A DNA stretch of 64,000 nucleotides from Nemertoderma westbladi (Eukaryota; Animalia; Xenacoelomorpha), in NCBI GenBank assembly GCA_032718475.1, contig JAUCBJ010001431.1:71350-135349 (forward strand), given 5' to 3'. The number at the start of each line of letters is the position of its first letter. The stretch's first letter is position 1. The translations under genes and the position numbers were made by a program. Shown piece by piece: positions 25,577-38,658 of this stretch. The notes under the pieces were generated by a model. The model was given only the letters and a program-made list of their open reading frames with translations. It was not told the DNA's origin and did no database searches.

Positions 25577-28500
25577 TGTTATGGACGAAAGAATGATGCT
25601 CCATCACCGTGCTATGTAATATAATTCATCCAATAATGTTATTGTTAAAACCAATCATATATATAATATAAGCAAGTAAACATATATATATCATAGGCCT
25701 AAGTACTGACTACTGGTATGGGGCCACGGCTTCTTATAGGCCGTGGTGTACTGTACTAACATACAGTCTGACAGTCCAATAAAAGGGGCGAGCCATGCAT
25801 ACCAAAGTGTTGGCTGATGCGGGTTCTATTACTTATAGTATAAGGCTACGACACCCCCCTTTCCTTTGAGATCTCATTAAGTTTGGTGAGATCTGGTTAC
25901 GTTTGTTAGATCCGGTTAAATTAATTCGATGCTTGTTGCGCCAAAGCGGACAATAGAGTTCTTTTTACGTGTGCTACGGCGCGGTTGTACCGTAACCCAG
26001 TCGTCGTCAGTTTTGTCATTGGCTTCAGATGTTGTTGAGTCTGCTATCAGTGGTTTGTCGAACTCTACGTCGGTTGTCTCTTCAGGCTTCTCATGCAGAG
26101 GCCGTAGAAATCGTCGGTTTCTTCTCCAGGTATTCCCGGATGGCAGTTTAACCTGGTAGTCTCTGTGTAGACCGACACTGGTGATGGTGCCTGTGCGATC
26201 CCACCGTTTCGGCCGATTAGGATTTTGAATACGGACTTTCATCCCGATTTGAAGGGGTTTGTGATCTCGAGCGGTTGCGTTATAATGGTGCGTTGTTTGA
26301 TCCAGGTCGGCTGCGTGTTTGTTGCCCAGGTTACCAGTTACTTGCAGGTTCTGGTTGTAGTTGTCTGAATGGGACGGGACTCTCGAACGAAGTGTACGTC
26401 CAAATACAATTTCATTGGGAGATTTCCCATCCGCGCGGGGTGTATTTCTCAGCTCGAGGAGGCCGCTGAGAAATTCCTCGCAGTGAATGTCATTTCGTGG
26501 GACTTTAAGCAGGAGGTGTTTAAGAGTTTTCACTGCGGATTCTGCGTGTCCGTTTGATTGTGGATAGTGTGGGCTGCTAGGAACCCAGTTAATGCCCCAC
26601 CGCTTGCAGAAGTCCCAGAAATTGGTGCTGTCGAATTGTGGCCCACCATCGGTTTTCAGCGTTGTTGGGACGCCGAGGTTGGGGAGCCATTTGCGGATGG
26701 CGCATACGACGTCGGTGGATGTTGGGTCGTGGTTCCACTGTGAAACTTCCGGGTAACCAGATAGTCGATCTGCGTAAGCTAGGTAGTGTTTGTTGCCTAT
26801 AGCAAACAGGTCGGCTGATAGGCCTACTGATTCGAATGGTCGCTCGGGAATGTTGTCCGAAAGTAGCGTTTCTTTCTGGAGGGATGGTCGGATCTCTTGG
26901 CATTTGTTACAATGTTTCACCGTACGCTCGATATGGTGGCTGATACTGGGCCAATAGACGGTTTGGCGGGCCCGTTGTTTAGTGCGGGTTGTGCCCTGGT
27001 GTGAGGCGTGTAAGCGTTGCAGGGTTTCAGCCTGGTGCTGGGTAGGGATGACGATTCTATTCCCAAATAGTACGAGGTCGTCAGCTGAAAGTGCCAGGTT
27101 ATTCGATATTGAGCGAAATTTGCGGCAGTAGGGTGATGCTTGGTTTATAGTTCTGAAATCAGCCCGTACCTGATTAACTAGTTCTTGATATTCGGCGTCA
27201 TTTGATGCTGCCGTTTTCAGTTCGTTTATCATTGGGTCATTTGAAAGACTGCCCGATGAGTCATTAGGTGGCGGCAGGTTACGGCAGATGGAAGCGACGG
27301 TAATTAGGTCGACACCGAGTTCCATCTCTTCGTTTGTCGGTTTGTCGACAGGGGAGCGGCTCAAACCGTCGGCAATTCGGTGAGCCTTGCCCTTTTGCCA
27401 TTCGACGCGGAATTGGTAGCAAGATTGAAGGTCGGCTTTGATGCGCTGCAGTTTATCGTTACATACCTGATCGACACTGTAGTTATTAAAAATGGTGACC
27501 AGGGGACGGTGATCTGTTACTACCGTAAATTCCGGTAGACCCAATATGTAAACCCGGCACTTACTAATGGCGTATCGGATGGCAACGGCTTCTAATTCGA
27601 TGGTTGCGTAACGAGTTTCAGCGTCGCTGATGAATCGGCTGCCGCATGCTACCAGATTCCAGACAGCTCCGTGGCGCTGGAGTAAGTCGAACCCGAACCC
27701 ATGGAGGCGGCTGGCGTCGGTTTCCAGCCGTGTTTCTGCTTTGGGATCGAATGGAGCGAGTATTGGGGGTTTCACGAGTGCGTTTTTGACTCGCTGGAAA
27801 GCTTGTTGATGGTTGGCGTTCCAAGTAAACTCATTCCGGGTCCGGAGAAGTTCTCGTAGTGGAGCGGCTGTGGTACTGATGTCACTAGAGAAGTGACCGA
27901 GTTGGTTTACCAGCCCCATAAAGCTACGAAGGTCAGTAATGTTCTTCGGTGTTGGGTAATCCGAAATCGCTCGAATCTTATCTGGGTCGGCCTCAGTTCC
28001 CTGACCCGATACGATGTACCCAGCGAATTTGACCGAGGGTTGAGCGAAGTTGAATTTGCCAGGGTGGAGAGTTATTCCAGATTCGCGGCATTTCTGGAGT
28101 ACGGAGCGAACTCTCTGGACGTGGCTATTGAGGTTGGTGTCCTCTATCAGGATATCGTCAACGAGTTTGTGGACCTGTGTTAAACCCTGTAGGGCTATAT
28201 CTCCTCATAGGTTGTAACTATCTCCGGCAGAGATAAAGCCCATTGGGGCGCGGCAGTACCGGTAGCGGCCCCAGGGTGTTATAAACGTTGTGAGGTCCCT
28301 GGATTTCTCATCGAGCGCGACCTGCCAATAGCCGGATTTTGCGTCTAATGTTGAAAAGATGCGTGCCCCTGGAGTCCGGTCGGATATTACGTCATATGGT
28401 GTTCTAGAATTATGGACGGTCCGTTTCACCTGGGAGTTCAGTTTTGTCAGATCGACCGTCATGCGAATTTCCCCCGGTCGATTTGGTTTGTTACATACGA

Positions 28501-29167
28501 CTATGGGGTGGCACCAGTCAGTTGGCCGGTCGCCAACTCGTTCGATGATGCCTCGTGTTTCCATGTCGATGAGCTCCTTGTGTACTTTTTCTCGTTGCGG
28601 GAATGGAACCGGACGGGCAGAGTTTACACAGAATGGCTCGGGGTTATCCACCAGTTGAATTTTCATTGGCGGTCCCGCCATTGTTTGGAGGCGTCCGTTG
28701 GAGCTGAACACATCGTGGAACTCCTCCATTAGTTTAAGTTTGGTGTCAGCATTATTTATCCGTTGTTCTGCGTCCACGGATATTGTTGAAACCACGGGGA
28801 AGTCCTTGTTGACAATACCCAATCCCTTACAGGTGTCCAGGGATATGTATATGTCCCGCCCCATATCTGGGCACCAATAAACCCAGTCACTGTATGTTCG
28901 GTTACCGGTAGAAAGTTGCATATATGTTTTGCCGGTGCAATTCACAGATGTACCATTGGCTGCGGTCAGTGGGCAGTCGGCTGATCCAAGTACGTGTTTG
29001 GTTGGGATGTTCCAATCTAAGCGGATTGTGTCACCAGCCGCTATAACTTGTGCGCCTGTATCTGCGATGCACATTTTAATCCCAGCCCACTCGCCATTAC
29101 TACAAAATTCCACGGGGAGTAGTGGTTTCTGGCACCCAGTAGTAATGTCTGCCATCTGAATGGCGCC
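25577..29167 (-). mobile_element. Truncated duplicate of the Gypsy element (3' LTR 25577-25853, pol; lacks gag and 5' LTR)
   Basis: ORFs 28205-29155 (protease, RT N-terminus) and 25916-27919 (RNase H, integrase) match copy 2. Cut at the duplication junction. Confidence 0.93.
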
Positions 29168-31773
29168 GTGCGTCAGTATGTTATCATAGGTTTGATTTTG
29201 ATGCGTTTTATAATTATATATATGGCTTTCGCATTCTATTGGTTAATCCTTATCGCGTATGGCAAAACTTGCCAAGTCCTTATCACCAGCGATAAGACCC
29301 TTATCACCAGCGATAAGACCCTTATCGCCTATCGTCTATCTCTTATCGCCAGTTGTGAAGCCCTCGCTCTTATCGCTTATCTCTTATCACCAGTTGTGAA
29401 CACATCACCTTATCGCTTATCTCTTATCGCCAGTTGTGAACACATCACCATATCGCGTATTTCTTATCACCAGTTAGTTGTGAACACATCACCTTATCGC
29501 TTATCTCTCATCGCTGATTGTGAACGCTTCGGCTTATCACTTTTCTCTTATCGCTATCTTTCAATTGTGAACCGGGCTTAAGGTGAGTGTAGGTAAATGC
29601 CATGGAATGTAATAATGGGCAGGCAGGATATTCAAATATGGTGAAAGCAATAATAGGGAGGCAGTATGGTAGCGACAAGTACTATCCCACGAAAACATTA
29701 CTAATTAAAAAGTAAACATTAAATCATCAACAAACATTATATTCAAATAATATCATTGAGTTAATCCATTCTGTATGTATGAAGATAGACAATTAGAATG
29801 TCACTGATTGTAATAATTATATAAACATACATTTAAAGTATAATTGCAAATAAAATTAAAATGTACAAAAGCATCAAAAATATTATATGGTAACAGTAAC
29901 TAGGTAACAGTAACTACAACACGGAGTATTTGATGGTACGAGGCCCAGATATATTGATCCATTCAAAGCACCAAGTTATCCTGGGAGCTTCACTTTCAAT
30001 TTAGGAAATTAAGAATGCGAGTGCGATTGAGAAAGTTTTGAGATAGTTTCCAAATTTTTAACATTCATCAGCTTGATAAAAAAAAAAGTCTAATTATTAT
30101 AACTCGTAATCAGTATTTAAAAATAACATAATATTACTGCCAAGACAAATAATTAAATTGGTCCATTCTTTATTCAGCTAACATTATTACATATCCCGAC
30201 CCATTGATTCAACTAATTATCATTCGACGGCTCCCCTATCCTCTTTATCCGACCCAATAACCGGACGGACGGATAAATCTATGGAATCCACAGGTTCCGG
30301 ACTGGTACCCCGGACACAATGATCACCAGATGTATTCCTGGTAGGATAACGCTTGGGGGATGCGTAGCTTGCGAACTGGGTAAGTAGTAGGGGTTTGCAT
30401 GGCTTTGCGACAGTTAGACCACACTGACACCCATTGGCACCACAGTGTCATTGGTGCCAGAGTGTCTGGGTGACACCTCCTAATTAGGCTAATTAGACCC
30501 TAATTGATTGGTGTCATCAATTAATTAGTACAATTAAACCCTAATAGATGTCTTATAACACCTTATTAGGGTTTAATTGATTATCCTAATTAATCAAACC
30601 AATTGGCACCCTGACACCTAATGGCTATCGGTATTGTCTAACTGTCGCAAAGCCGTGCAAAGGGTGTCATAAGTGACACCTCTACCCTTTTAATTATTAG
30701 TATTTATTTATTTGTATTAAATTTTAATTTAATTAATTGTATTACTTTTATTTTATTTTATTGTATTACTTATTTAATTTATAAATTGATTTCTATTTTT
30801 AGATTTACCAATAAATAGTTATATTTATTGCTTACTGAATGACATCAATGATGGCACCACCCCGGCTGCTGGCTACTGCTTAATCTATTGCACAAGTTTC
30901 AACTCATCCTCGTATCTCACCCCACAGTGTATACAGGTCCTATACTGGTTACTATTTTGGAGTTAGTGAAGGGATTAAACTTAAGACAAGAAGTTGCATG
31001 CAAGCTGTCGCCTAGGTTACCAGTTACCATGAATGATCCATTAATGGTTCCGGGATTCTGTTGCTGCGCCAGGATTGGCTCATTTAAGGAGGCTTTTCGG
31101 CCCCACATTCCAAGTTACTATTAATTGAGGGGGGGGGGGGGGGGTGGGGGTGGTAGCGAATTTTCTGACCAAAAAGTCTAATTTTTGAAACATATCCTAT
31201 CTAATGCAGAATTTCATGCTGAATCCAAATATGGAAACCGTTTTCCCATATTTAGTTTTAGTTTTAGCCTTAGTTTTCGAGATATCTGGGATAGAAGATA
31301 CTGGCTCTGATATATCTTGATATCGGTAAATGCAATGAAGTTGGGGGTTTGCATTCAATTTCTGCAAATTTCTGTGCTCAGTGGTTCCAATTGGATGTCT
31401 CCACGAGAAAGAGCACAAAATTTTAATTGAGAACGAATTTTTTTATGATTATTGGACCTACTGATCTGTTTATAACACAACTTTAAGTCTCCGGAATAAA
31501 GACGGGACTCGAATAAGCGACTCTGCGGTCTTTGTGGGATTACGCAGAATAGACTTATCAGTCATCGGAGATCTTCAAAATGTATAATCTCCAGTTCTAG
31601 TGGTTGTATGAAGTTCGTTTTAGGCTCATTCGAAAGCTCTTTTCTCAGAGGATAATAAAGTTACCTAATTTACCTTAAGTTACCTTAATTTTAAGTTACC
31701 GAATTAAGTAAAGAATAAAGTCTTCCACATAGAATCCTTTTGTTATAAATATAGCGTTGACAATAATCAAATT

Positions 31774-32740
31774 ATGGATAATAATGATTTCAATAACTGG
31801 TTTTCCCGCACTGTAAATCGTATTGATGAACTAATTAGTGCTTTTCTTTGTCTCAGCTCGGGTTGGAATATAGTTTGTATCGAGCAAATAAGCATCGAGA
31901 TTGCATGCTCCCAATGTAACCCCTATTTAAAGGGTCATGGGATTAATAATTCTAAAATATTATTAAATAAACATTGTACTGTAAGCATAGATTGCCCACT
32001 GAGAGATTGTTTTAAATATGCAGTATAGGCCGTGGTGAATTATAAAAAGATTGATAGGAAAAAAAATAATATTAGTAGAATATCAACTTATATTCCTTTC
32101 CTAGACATGTTTGATTTTAGTACAATAACGTTCCCGGTGGACAGAGTAACTGGTATTCCTGCTTTTGAAAGCAAACCCTTTATACTGCATCAATCTTTTG
32201 TTTTGGAATAACGATGAAACACTCTTTTTTCTTAGTCAACCAGATAGCGCATACTGTCCTGACAAAACTGTACTAGATTTACTATTTATTGAAGCCACAA
32301 CCAAAAACCCCAGTCACTACGTGGCCATTACCAATATCGATAGACTAATAAATACAAAAAATACGTCTATGGGTAACAAGTAGCACTGCGAACGCTGCCT
32401 CAGGGCCTTTTACACTGTCAACGCTCTGGAAGAACATCGCCAGCTTTGCTATACATACGGGTAAACGACAACTGGAATATATGCCTGAAAATCTCTTGGT
32501 CAAATTCGATCGTTACGATAAGACCCTATCCCCACCTTTCTGTTTATACACCAACATTGAAACTATTCTTGAACCTACAAACAATATTAAACTTCCCCAG
32601 AAACATTTAGCCAGTGCGGCAGCCTTTTACATGGTATCAAATCAGAAATTAATTAACCCCCCTCAAAACTAATTCCCCAAAATATTCAGATTTTCTGTGA
32701 TGATTGATGGAAGTAACCACGTAATGTGTGACTTTCTAAC
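31774..32740 (+). pseudogene. N-terminal remnant of a protein-primed family B DNA polymerase (Polinton/adintovirus type); duplicate at about 23951-24870
   Basis: Ordered motifs SSGWNIV, LLNKHCTVSID..DCFKYAV, LDLLFI..SHYVAITNIDRL, HCERCLRAF..LEEHRQLC, PPFCLYTNIETILEP, QKHLAS across frameshifts and stops. Confidence 0.7.
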
Positions 32741-32743
32741 CGT

Positions 32744-32956
32744 GTGGATTCAATAACGTGTGGTACGAGTAATGGGATAACACCAAAACAGTTTCGAGAT
32801 CATTATCCTTTCTTTATCTGGAATCTTTCGCCTAGTGGCTATTTGTATGATGAAAAGAGACCTATGCATCGTGCTGGTAACGCGAGGCTTGAAATTTCCT
32901 TTGCCCACGCTTTGGTAGTAATGATCAATGTAATAATGGATGTAATTCGGTATTAA
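32744..32956 (+). pseudogene. C-terminal remnant of a Polinton major capsid (double jelly-roll) protein; duplicate at 24872-25084
   Basis: NGITPKQFRDHYPFFIWNLSP..GNARLEISFAHAL..INVIM matches the GI.R..Y..GY.L.AFDLTP..G.LRLE..F...L...N.IVY pattern. Confidence 0.7.
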
Positions 32957-33448
32957 CTGATCTCGGTCGATATTTTATTTTATTTACAATTATTATAATT
33001 ATTAGATGGCCTACAACATTTCTGCGTATTTGTGCTATTGTCCATCTGTAATAATAATTTATTAAGTTCATTGATAGAGCAATGTATTTTATTAATAATG
33101 CAATGTCGTTGAGTTAGAGGTCTGCCTTAAAAATAATGTGGGTGGGATATGATAGAACAATAAATATTAGTGACAGTGGCCTAGTAATTCAAATTCTAGA
33201 AAATGTTAAACTCTACCTATAAATCGTCTACCTAATAAACAGAATAAAAAAAATGAGTTTCATATCAAACACTCAAGCGGCTCATTTACCAGGATGCATA
33301 ACTTCGAATCATTATCCAATCGGAAATATTTTCTTTCGTTAGACACTAAGTTCATCGTAGCAGTTACATTCACTATCCTCGGTGGATGAATCGAACCATT
33401 TCAATTTGGCTACCTCAGCTGATGTAAGTAGAATTGTGTCCCGAGTAG

Positions 33449-36400
33449 TGTTATGGACGAAAGAATGATGCTCCATCACCGTGCTATGTAATATAATTCA
33501 TCCAATAATGTTATTGTTAAAACCAATCATATATATAATATAAGCAAGTAAACATATATATATCATAGGCCTAAGTACTGACTACTGGTATGGGGCCACG
33601 GCTTCTTATAGGCCGTGGTGTACTGTACTAACATACAGTCTGACAGTCCAATAAAAGGGGCGAGCCATGCATACCAAAGTGTTGGCTGATGCGGGTTCTA
33701 TTACTTATAGTATAAGGCTACGACACCCCCCTTTCCTTTGAGATCTCATTAAGTTTGGTGAGATCTGGTTACGTTTGTTAGATCCGGTTAAATTAATTCG
33801 ATGCTTGTTGCGCCAAAGCGGACAATAGAGTTCTTTTTACGTGTGCTACGGCGCGGTTGTACCGTAACCCAGTCGTCGTCAGTTTTGTCATTGGCTTCAG
33901 ATGTTGTTGAGTCTGCTATCAGTGGTTTGTCGAACTCTACGTCGGTTGTCTCTTCAGGCTTCTCATGCAGAGGCCGTAGAAATCGTCGGTTTCTTCTCCA
34001 GGTATTCCCGGATGGCAGTTTAACCTGGTAGTCTCTGTGTAGACCGACACTGGTGATGGTGCCTGTGCGATCCCACCGTTTCGGCCGATTAGGATTTTGA
34101 ATACGGACTTTCATCCCGATTTGAAGGGGTTTGTGATCTCGAGCGGTTGCGTTATAATGGTGCGTTGTTTGATCCAGGTCGGCTGCGTGTTTGTTGCCCA
34201 GGTTACCAGTTACTTGCAGGTTCTGGTTGTAGTTGTCTGAATGGGACGGGACTCTCGAACGAAGTGTACGTCCAAATACAATTTCATTGGGAGATTTCCC
34301 ATCTGCGCGGGGTGTATTTCTCAGCTCGAGGAGGCCGCTGAGAAATTCCTCGCAGTGAATGTCATTTCGTGGGACTTTAAGCAGGAGGTGTTTAAGAGTT
34401 TTCACTGCGGATTCTGCGTGTCCGTTTGATTGTGGATAGTGTGGGCTGCTAGGAACCCAGTTAATGCCCCACCGCTTGCAGAAGTCCCAGAAATTGGTGC
34501 TGTCGAATTGTGGCCCACCATCGGTTTTCAGCGTTGTTGGGACGCCGAGGTTGGGGAGCCATTTGCGGATGGCGCATACGACGTCGGTGGATGTTGGGTC
34601 GTGGTTCCACTGTGAAACTTCCGGGTAACCAGATAGTCGATCTGCGTAAGCTAGGTAGTGTTTGTTGCCTATAGCAAACAGGTCGGCTGATACTGATTCG
34701 AATGGTCGCTCGGGAATGTTGTCCGAAAGTAGCGTTTCTTTCTGGAGGGATGGTCGGATCTCTTGGCATTTGTTACAATGTTTCACCGTACGCTCGATAT
34801 GGTGGCTGATACTGGGCCAATAGACGGTTTGGCGGGCCCGTTGTTTAGTGCGGGTTGTGCCCTGGTGTGAGGCGTGTAAGCGTTGCAGGGTTTCAGCCTG
34901 GTGCTGGGTAGGGATGACGATTCTATTCCCAAATAGTACGAGGTCGTCAGCTGAAAGTGCCAGGTTATTCGATATTGAGCGAAATTTGCGGCAGTAGGGT
35001 GATGCTTGGTTTATAGTTCTGAAATCAGCCCGTACCTGATTAACTAGTTCTTGATATTCGGCGTCATTTGATGCTGCCGTTTTCAGTTCGTTTATCATTG
35101 GGTCATTTGAAAGACTGCCCGATGAGTCATTAGGTGGCGGCAGGTTACGGCAGATGGAAGCGACGGTAATTAGGTCGACACCGAGTTCCATCTCTTCGTT
35201 TGTCGGTTTGTCGACAGGGGAGCGGCTCAAACCGTCGGCAATTCGGTGAGCCTTGCCCTTTTGCCATTCGACGCGGAATTGGTAGCAAGATTGAAGGTCG
35301 GCTTTGATGCGCTGCAGTTTATCGTTACATACCTGATCGACACTGTAGTTATTAAAAATGGTGACCAGGGGACGGTGATCTGTTACTACCGTAAATTCCG
35401 GTAGACCCAATATGTAAACCCGGCACTTACTAATGGCGTATCGGATGGCAACGGCTTCTAATTCGATGGTTGCGTAACGAGTTTCAGCGTCGCTGATGAA
35501 TCGGCTGCCGCATGCTACCAGATTCCAGACAGCTCCGTGGCGCTGGAGTAAGTCGAACCCGAACCCATGGAGGCGGCTGGCGTCGGTTTCCAGCCGTGTT
35601 TCTGCTTTGGGATCGAATGGAGCGAGTATTGGGGGTTTCACGAGTGCGTTTTTGACTCGCTGGAAAGCTTGTTGATGGTTGGCGTTCCAAGTAAACTCAT
35701 TCCGGGTCCGGAGAAGTTCTCGTAGTGGAGCGGCTGTGGTACTGATGTCACTAGAGAAGTGACCGAGTTGGTTTACCAGCCCCATAAAGCTACGAAGGTC
35801 AGTAATGTTCTTCGGTGTTGGGTAATCCGAAATCGCTCGAATCTTATCTGGGTCGGCCTCAGTTCCCTGACCCGATACGATGTACCCAGCGAATTTGACC
35901 GAGGGTTGAGCGAAGTTGAATTTGCCAGGGTGGAGAGTTATTCCAGATTCGCGGCATTTCTGGAGTACGGAGCGAACTCTCTGGACGTGGCTATTGAGGT
36001 TGGTGTCCTCTATCAGGATATCGTCAACGAGTTTGTGGACCTGTGTTAAACCCTGTAGGGCTATATCTCCTCATAGGTTGTAACTATCTCCGGCAGAGAT
36101 AAAGCCCATTGGGGCGCGGCAGTACCGGTAGCGGCCCCAGGGTGTTATAAACGTTGTGAGGTCCCTGGATTTCTCATCGAGCGCGACCTGCCAATAGCCG
36201 GATTTTGCGTCTAATGTTGAAAAGATGCGTGCCCCTGGAGTCCGGTCGGATATTACGTCATATGGTGTTCTAGAATTATGGACGGTCCGTTTCACCTGGG
36301 AGTTCAGTTTTGTCAGATCGACCGTCATGCGAATTTCCCCCGGTCGATTTGGTTTGTTACATACGACTATGGGGTGGCACCAGTCAGTTGGCCGGTCGCC

Positions 36401-38658
36401 AACTCGTTCGATGATGCCTCGTGTTTCCATGTCGATGAGCTCCTTGTGTACTTTTTCTCGTTGCGGGAATGGAACCGGACGGGCAGAGTTTACACAGAAT
36501 GGCTCGGGGTTATCCACCAGTTGAATTTTCATTGGCGGTCCCGCCATTGTTTGGAGGCGTCCGTTGGAGCTGAACACATCGTGGAACTCCTCCATTAGTT
36601 TAAGTTTGGTGTCAGCATTATTTATCCGTTGTTCTGCGTCCACGGATATTGTTGAAACCACGGGGAAGTCCTTGTTGACAATACCCAATCCCTTACAGGC
36701 GTCCAGGGATATGTGTATGTCCCGCCCCATATCTGGGCACCAATAAACCCAGTCACTGTATGTTCGGTTACCGGTAGAAAGTTGCATATATGTTTTGCCG
36801 GTGCAATTCACAGATGTACCATTGGCTGCGGTCAGTGGGCAGTCGGCTGATCCAAGTACGTGTTTGGTTGGGATGTTCCAATCTAAGCGGATTGTGTCAC
36901 CAGCCGCTATAACTTGTGCGCCTGTATCTGCGATGCACATTTTAATCCCAGCCCACTCGCCATTACTACAAAATTCCACGGGGAGTAGTGGTTTCTGGCA
37001 CCCAGTAGTAATGTCTGCCATCTGAATGGCGCCGTTAGTTTTTGTTTGTTGGTTTTCGAATTTTGTTTTAAGGCACCGTGATCCATGGTGCCCCTTGGTT
37101 CCGCATTTGTTGCAGTCAATGTTAATTGCTTTACAGGGTTGACTGTCCGCGTGCGGGTAGCGTCCGCCACAGCTTATGCACTCGCCCCGCTGTTTAATCT
37201 GCTTTATTGCGTCGCGGATAGTACCGATTATTGGACTACGATTCCGGTTGAAAGAGTTTGTTTTGGAACGTTGGTAGTCGCTCTTCCGACTCCGGCTCCT
37301 GCCTCGGTTCTGTTGGGCTGCAGGTCTGACTACTGGGTTGATTCGCTGTTCGCGGATGAGTTTAGTGTCGCGTGCGGCAACCTCGCGCGATCGACAGTAG
37401 TCGGGTATTTGTTCAGCGGTAAGGGGTGGCCGTTTCGCGAATATTTCTTCCCGTGTTACATCGTCAGTTATACCCCGGATGATCAGAGTGTTGATCCAGT
37501 CATCCCTTGTCATTGTGTCCAGATCAGCATCTTGGGCGAGCTCTAGTAATCGGACATAATAGTCGTCGAACGACTGACCAGGCTCCTGCCTCAGCTGTAC
37601 GAGTTGGTGTCGGTCCACAACGATGTTACGTTCCAAACGGAGGTAGTCACGGATCTCATCCTGGATATCCCCCAAGGTTTTGTTCGTCTCGGCAGGAATG
37701 TTTAATCGATGGTGTATTCTGTTTAGGAACTCGGGTGAGCAGTTGCTAAAGAAAATAGCAACCTGATCTTCCCTCGATTTCCGGTCCAGATGAACGATTC
37801 TGCTGTAGTTCGTCCACTGGCGTTCCCAACGGATGTAGCGATGATAGCTAAATTCAACGTCGAGTTTATCCGGAGCCCTCGCTGTCAGTTTAGCAGCTGC
37901 ACCATCGTTGTTATGTTCCGGATGGTTGCCTCCCGGGTTTAATGTTTCCTCTCCACTACGGTTTTGCAGGAATTGAAGAAGTCGCTGTTCACGATCTTCC
38001 TCGCGTTGTTCGCGTCGAAGTTCGTCTTCTAAGCGGCGTTGTTCTTCCTCCTCGCGGCGGCGTTCTCTCCGCTCCTCCTCAGCGAGTCGCCGTTCCTCGA
38101 AGTGGATGATAAGTTTGGTTAAGTTGAGTGGTTTCTCATCGTCTCCCGACTCATCCTGTTCATGGATGGCTTTTGTGAGACGTTTACGGAGGGTTGCTGA
38201 CGGCGTTTTCGGGCCAAACGCTATTCCTGCATGTGAGCAATGTATTTTCAGTGCGGGACGTTCTAGGCGTTCGATATCAACCGAGTTGAGGTCAAGCCAG
38301 TCCTCCTCGCGTATGTTGGATGGCGTCGCCATATTTCGTTCGTTGTTCGAAATTCCAGCTACGCCGCTACACACTGCGCCATGTTATGGACGAAAGAATG
38401 ATGCTCCATCACCGTGCTATGTAATATAATTCATCCAATAATGTTATTGTTAAAACCAATCATATATATAATATAAGCAAGTAAACATATATATATCATA
38501 GGCCTAAGTACTGACTACTGGTATGGGGCCATGGCTTCTTATAGGCCGTGGTGTACTGTACTAACATACAGTCTGACAGTCCAATAAAAGGGGCGAGCCA
38601 TGCATACCAAAGTGTTGGTAGATGCGGGTTCTATTACTTATAGTATAAGGCTACGACA
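33449..38658 (-). mobile_element. Full-length Gypsy/Ty3 LTR retrotransposon (Mag-like), 5210 bp
   Basis: 277-bp LTRs at 33449-33725 and 38382-38658 (TG..CA, about 3 mismatches), TSD AGTAG, PBS TGGCGCAGT (tRNA-Ser-like), PPT GAAAGGGGGG. Confidence 0.95.
33788..38374 (-). pseudogene. Gypsy gag-pol polyprotein with a single in-frame TGA at 36071-36073
   Basis: Zinc knuckles CISCGGRYPH..C and CNKCGTKGHHGSRC, protease ADTGA, RT LDAKSGYWQ..LVDD, RNase H ETDAS, integrase HHCC and TDGGPQF..SNGHAES. The same frame continues across the stop. Confidence 0.92.

Larger units (their letters stand above)
21323..37033. repeat. Tandem segmental duplication: copy 1 21323-29167 (7845 bp), copy 2 29168-37033 (7866 bp)
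   Basis: Colinear near-identical sequence and ORFs; the junction TGGCGCC-GT-GCGTCAG has 2-bp microhomology. Confidence 0.95.
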
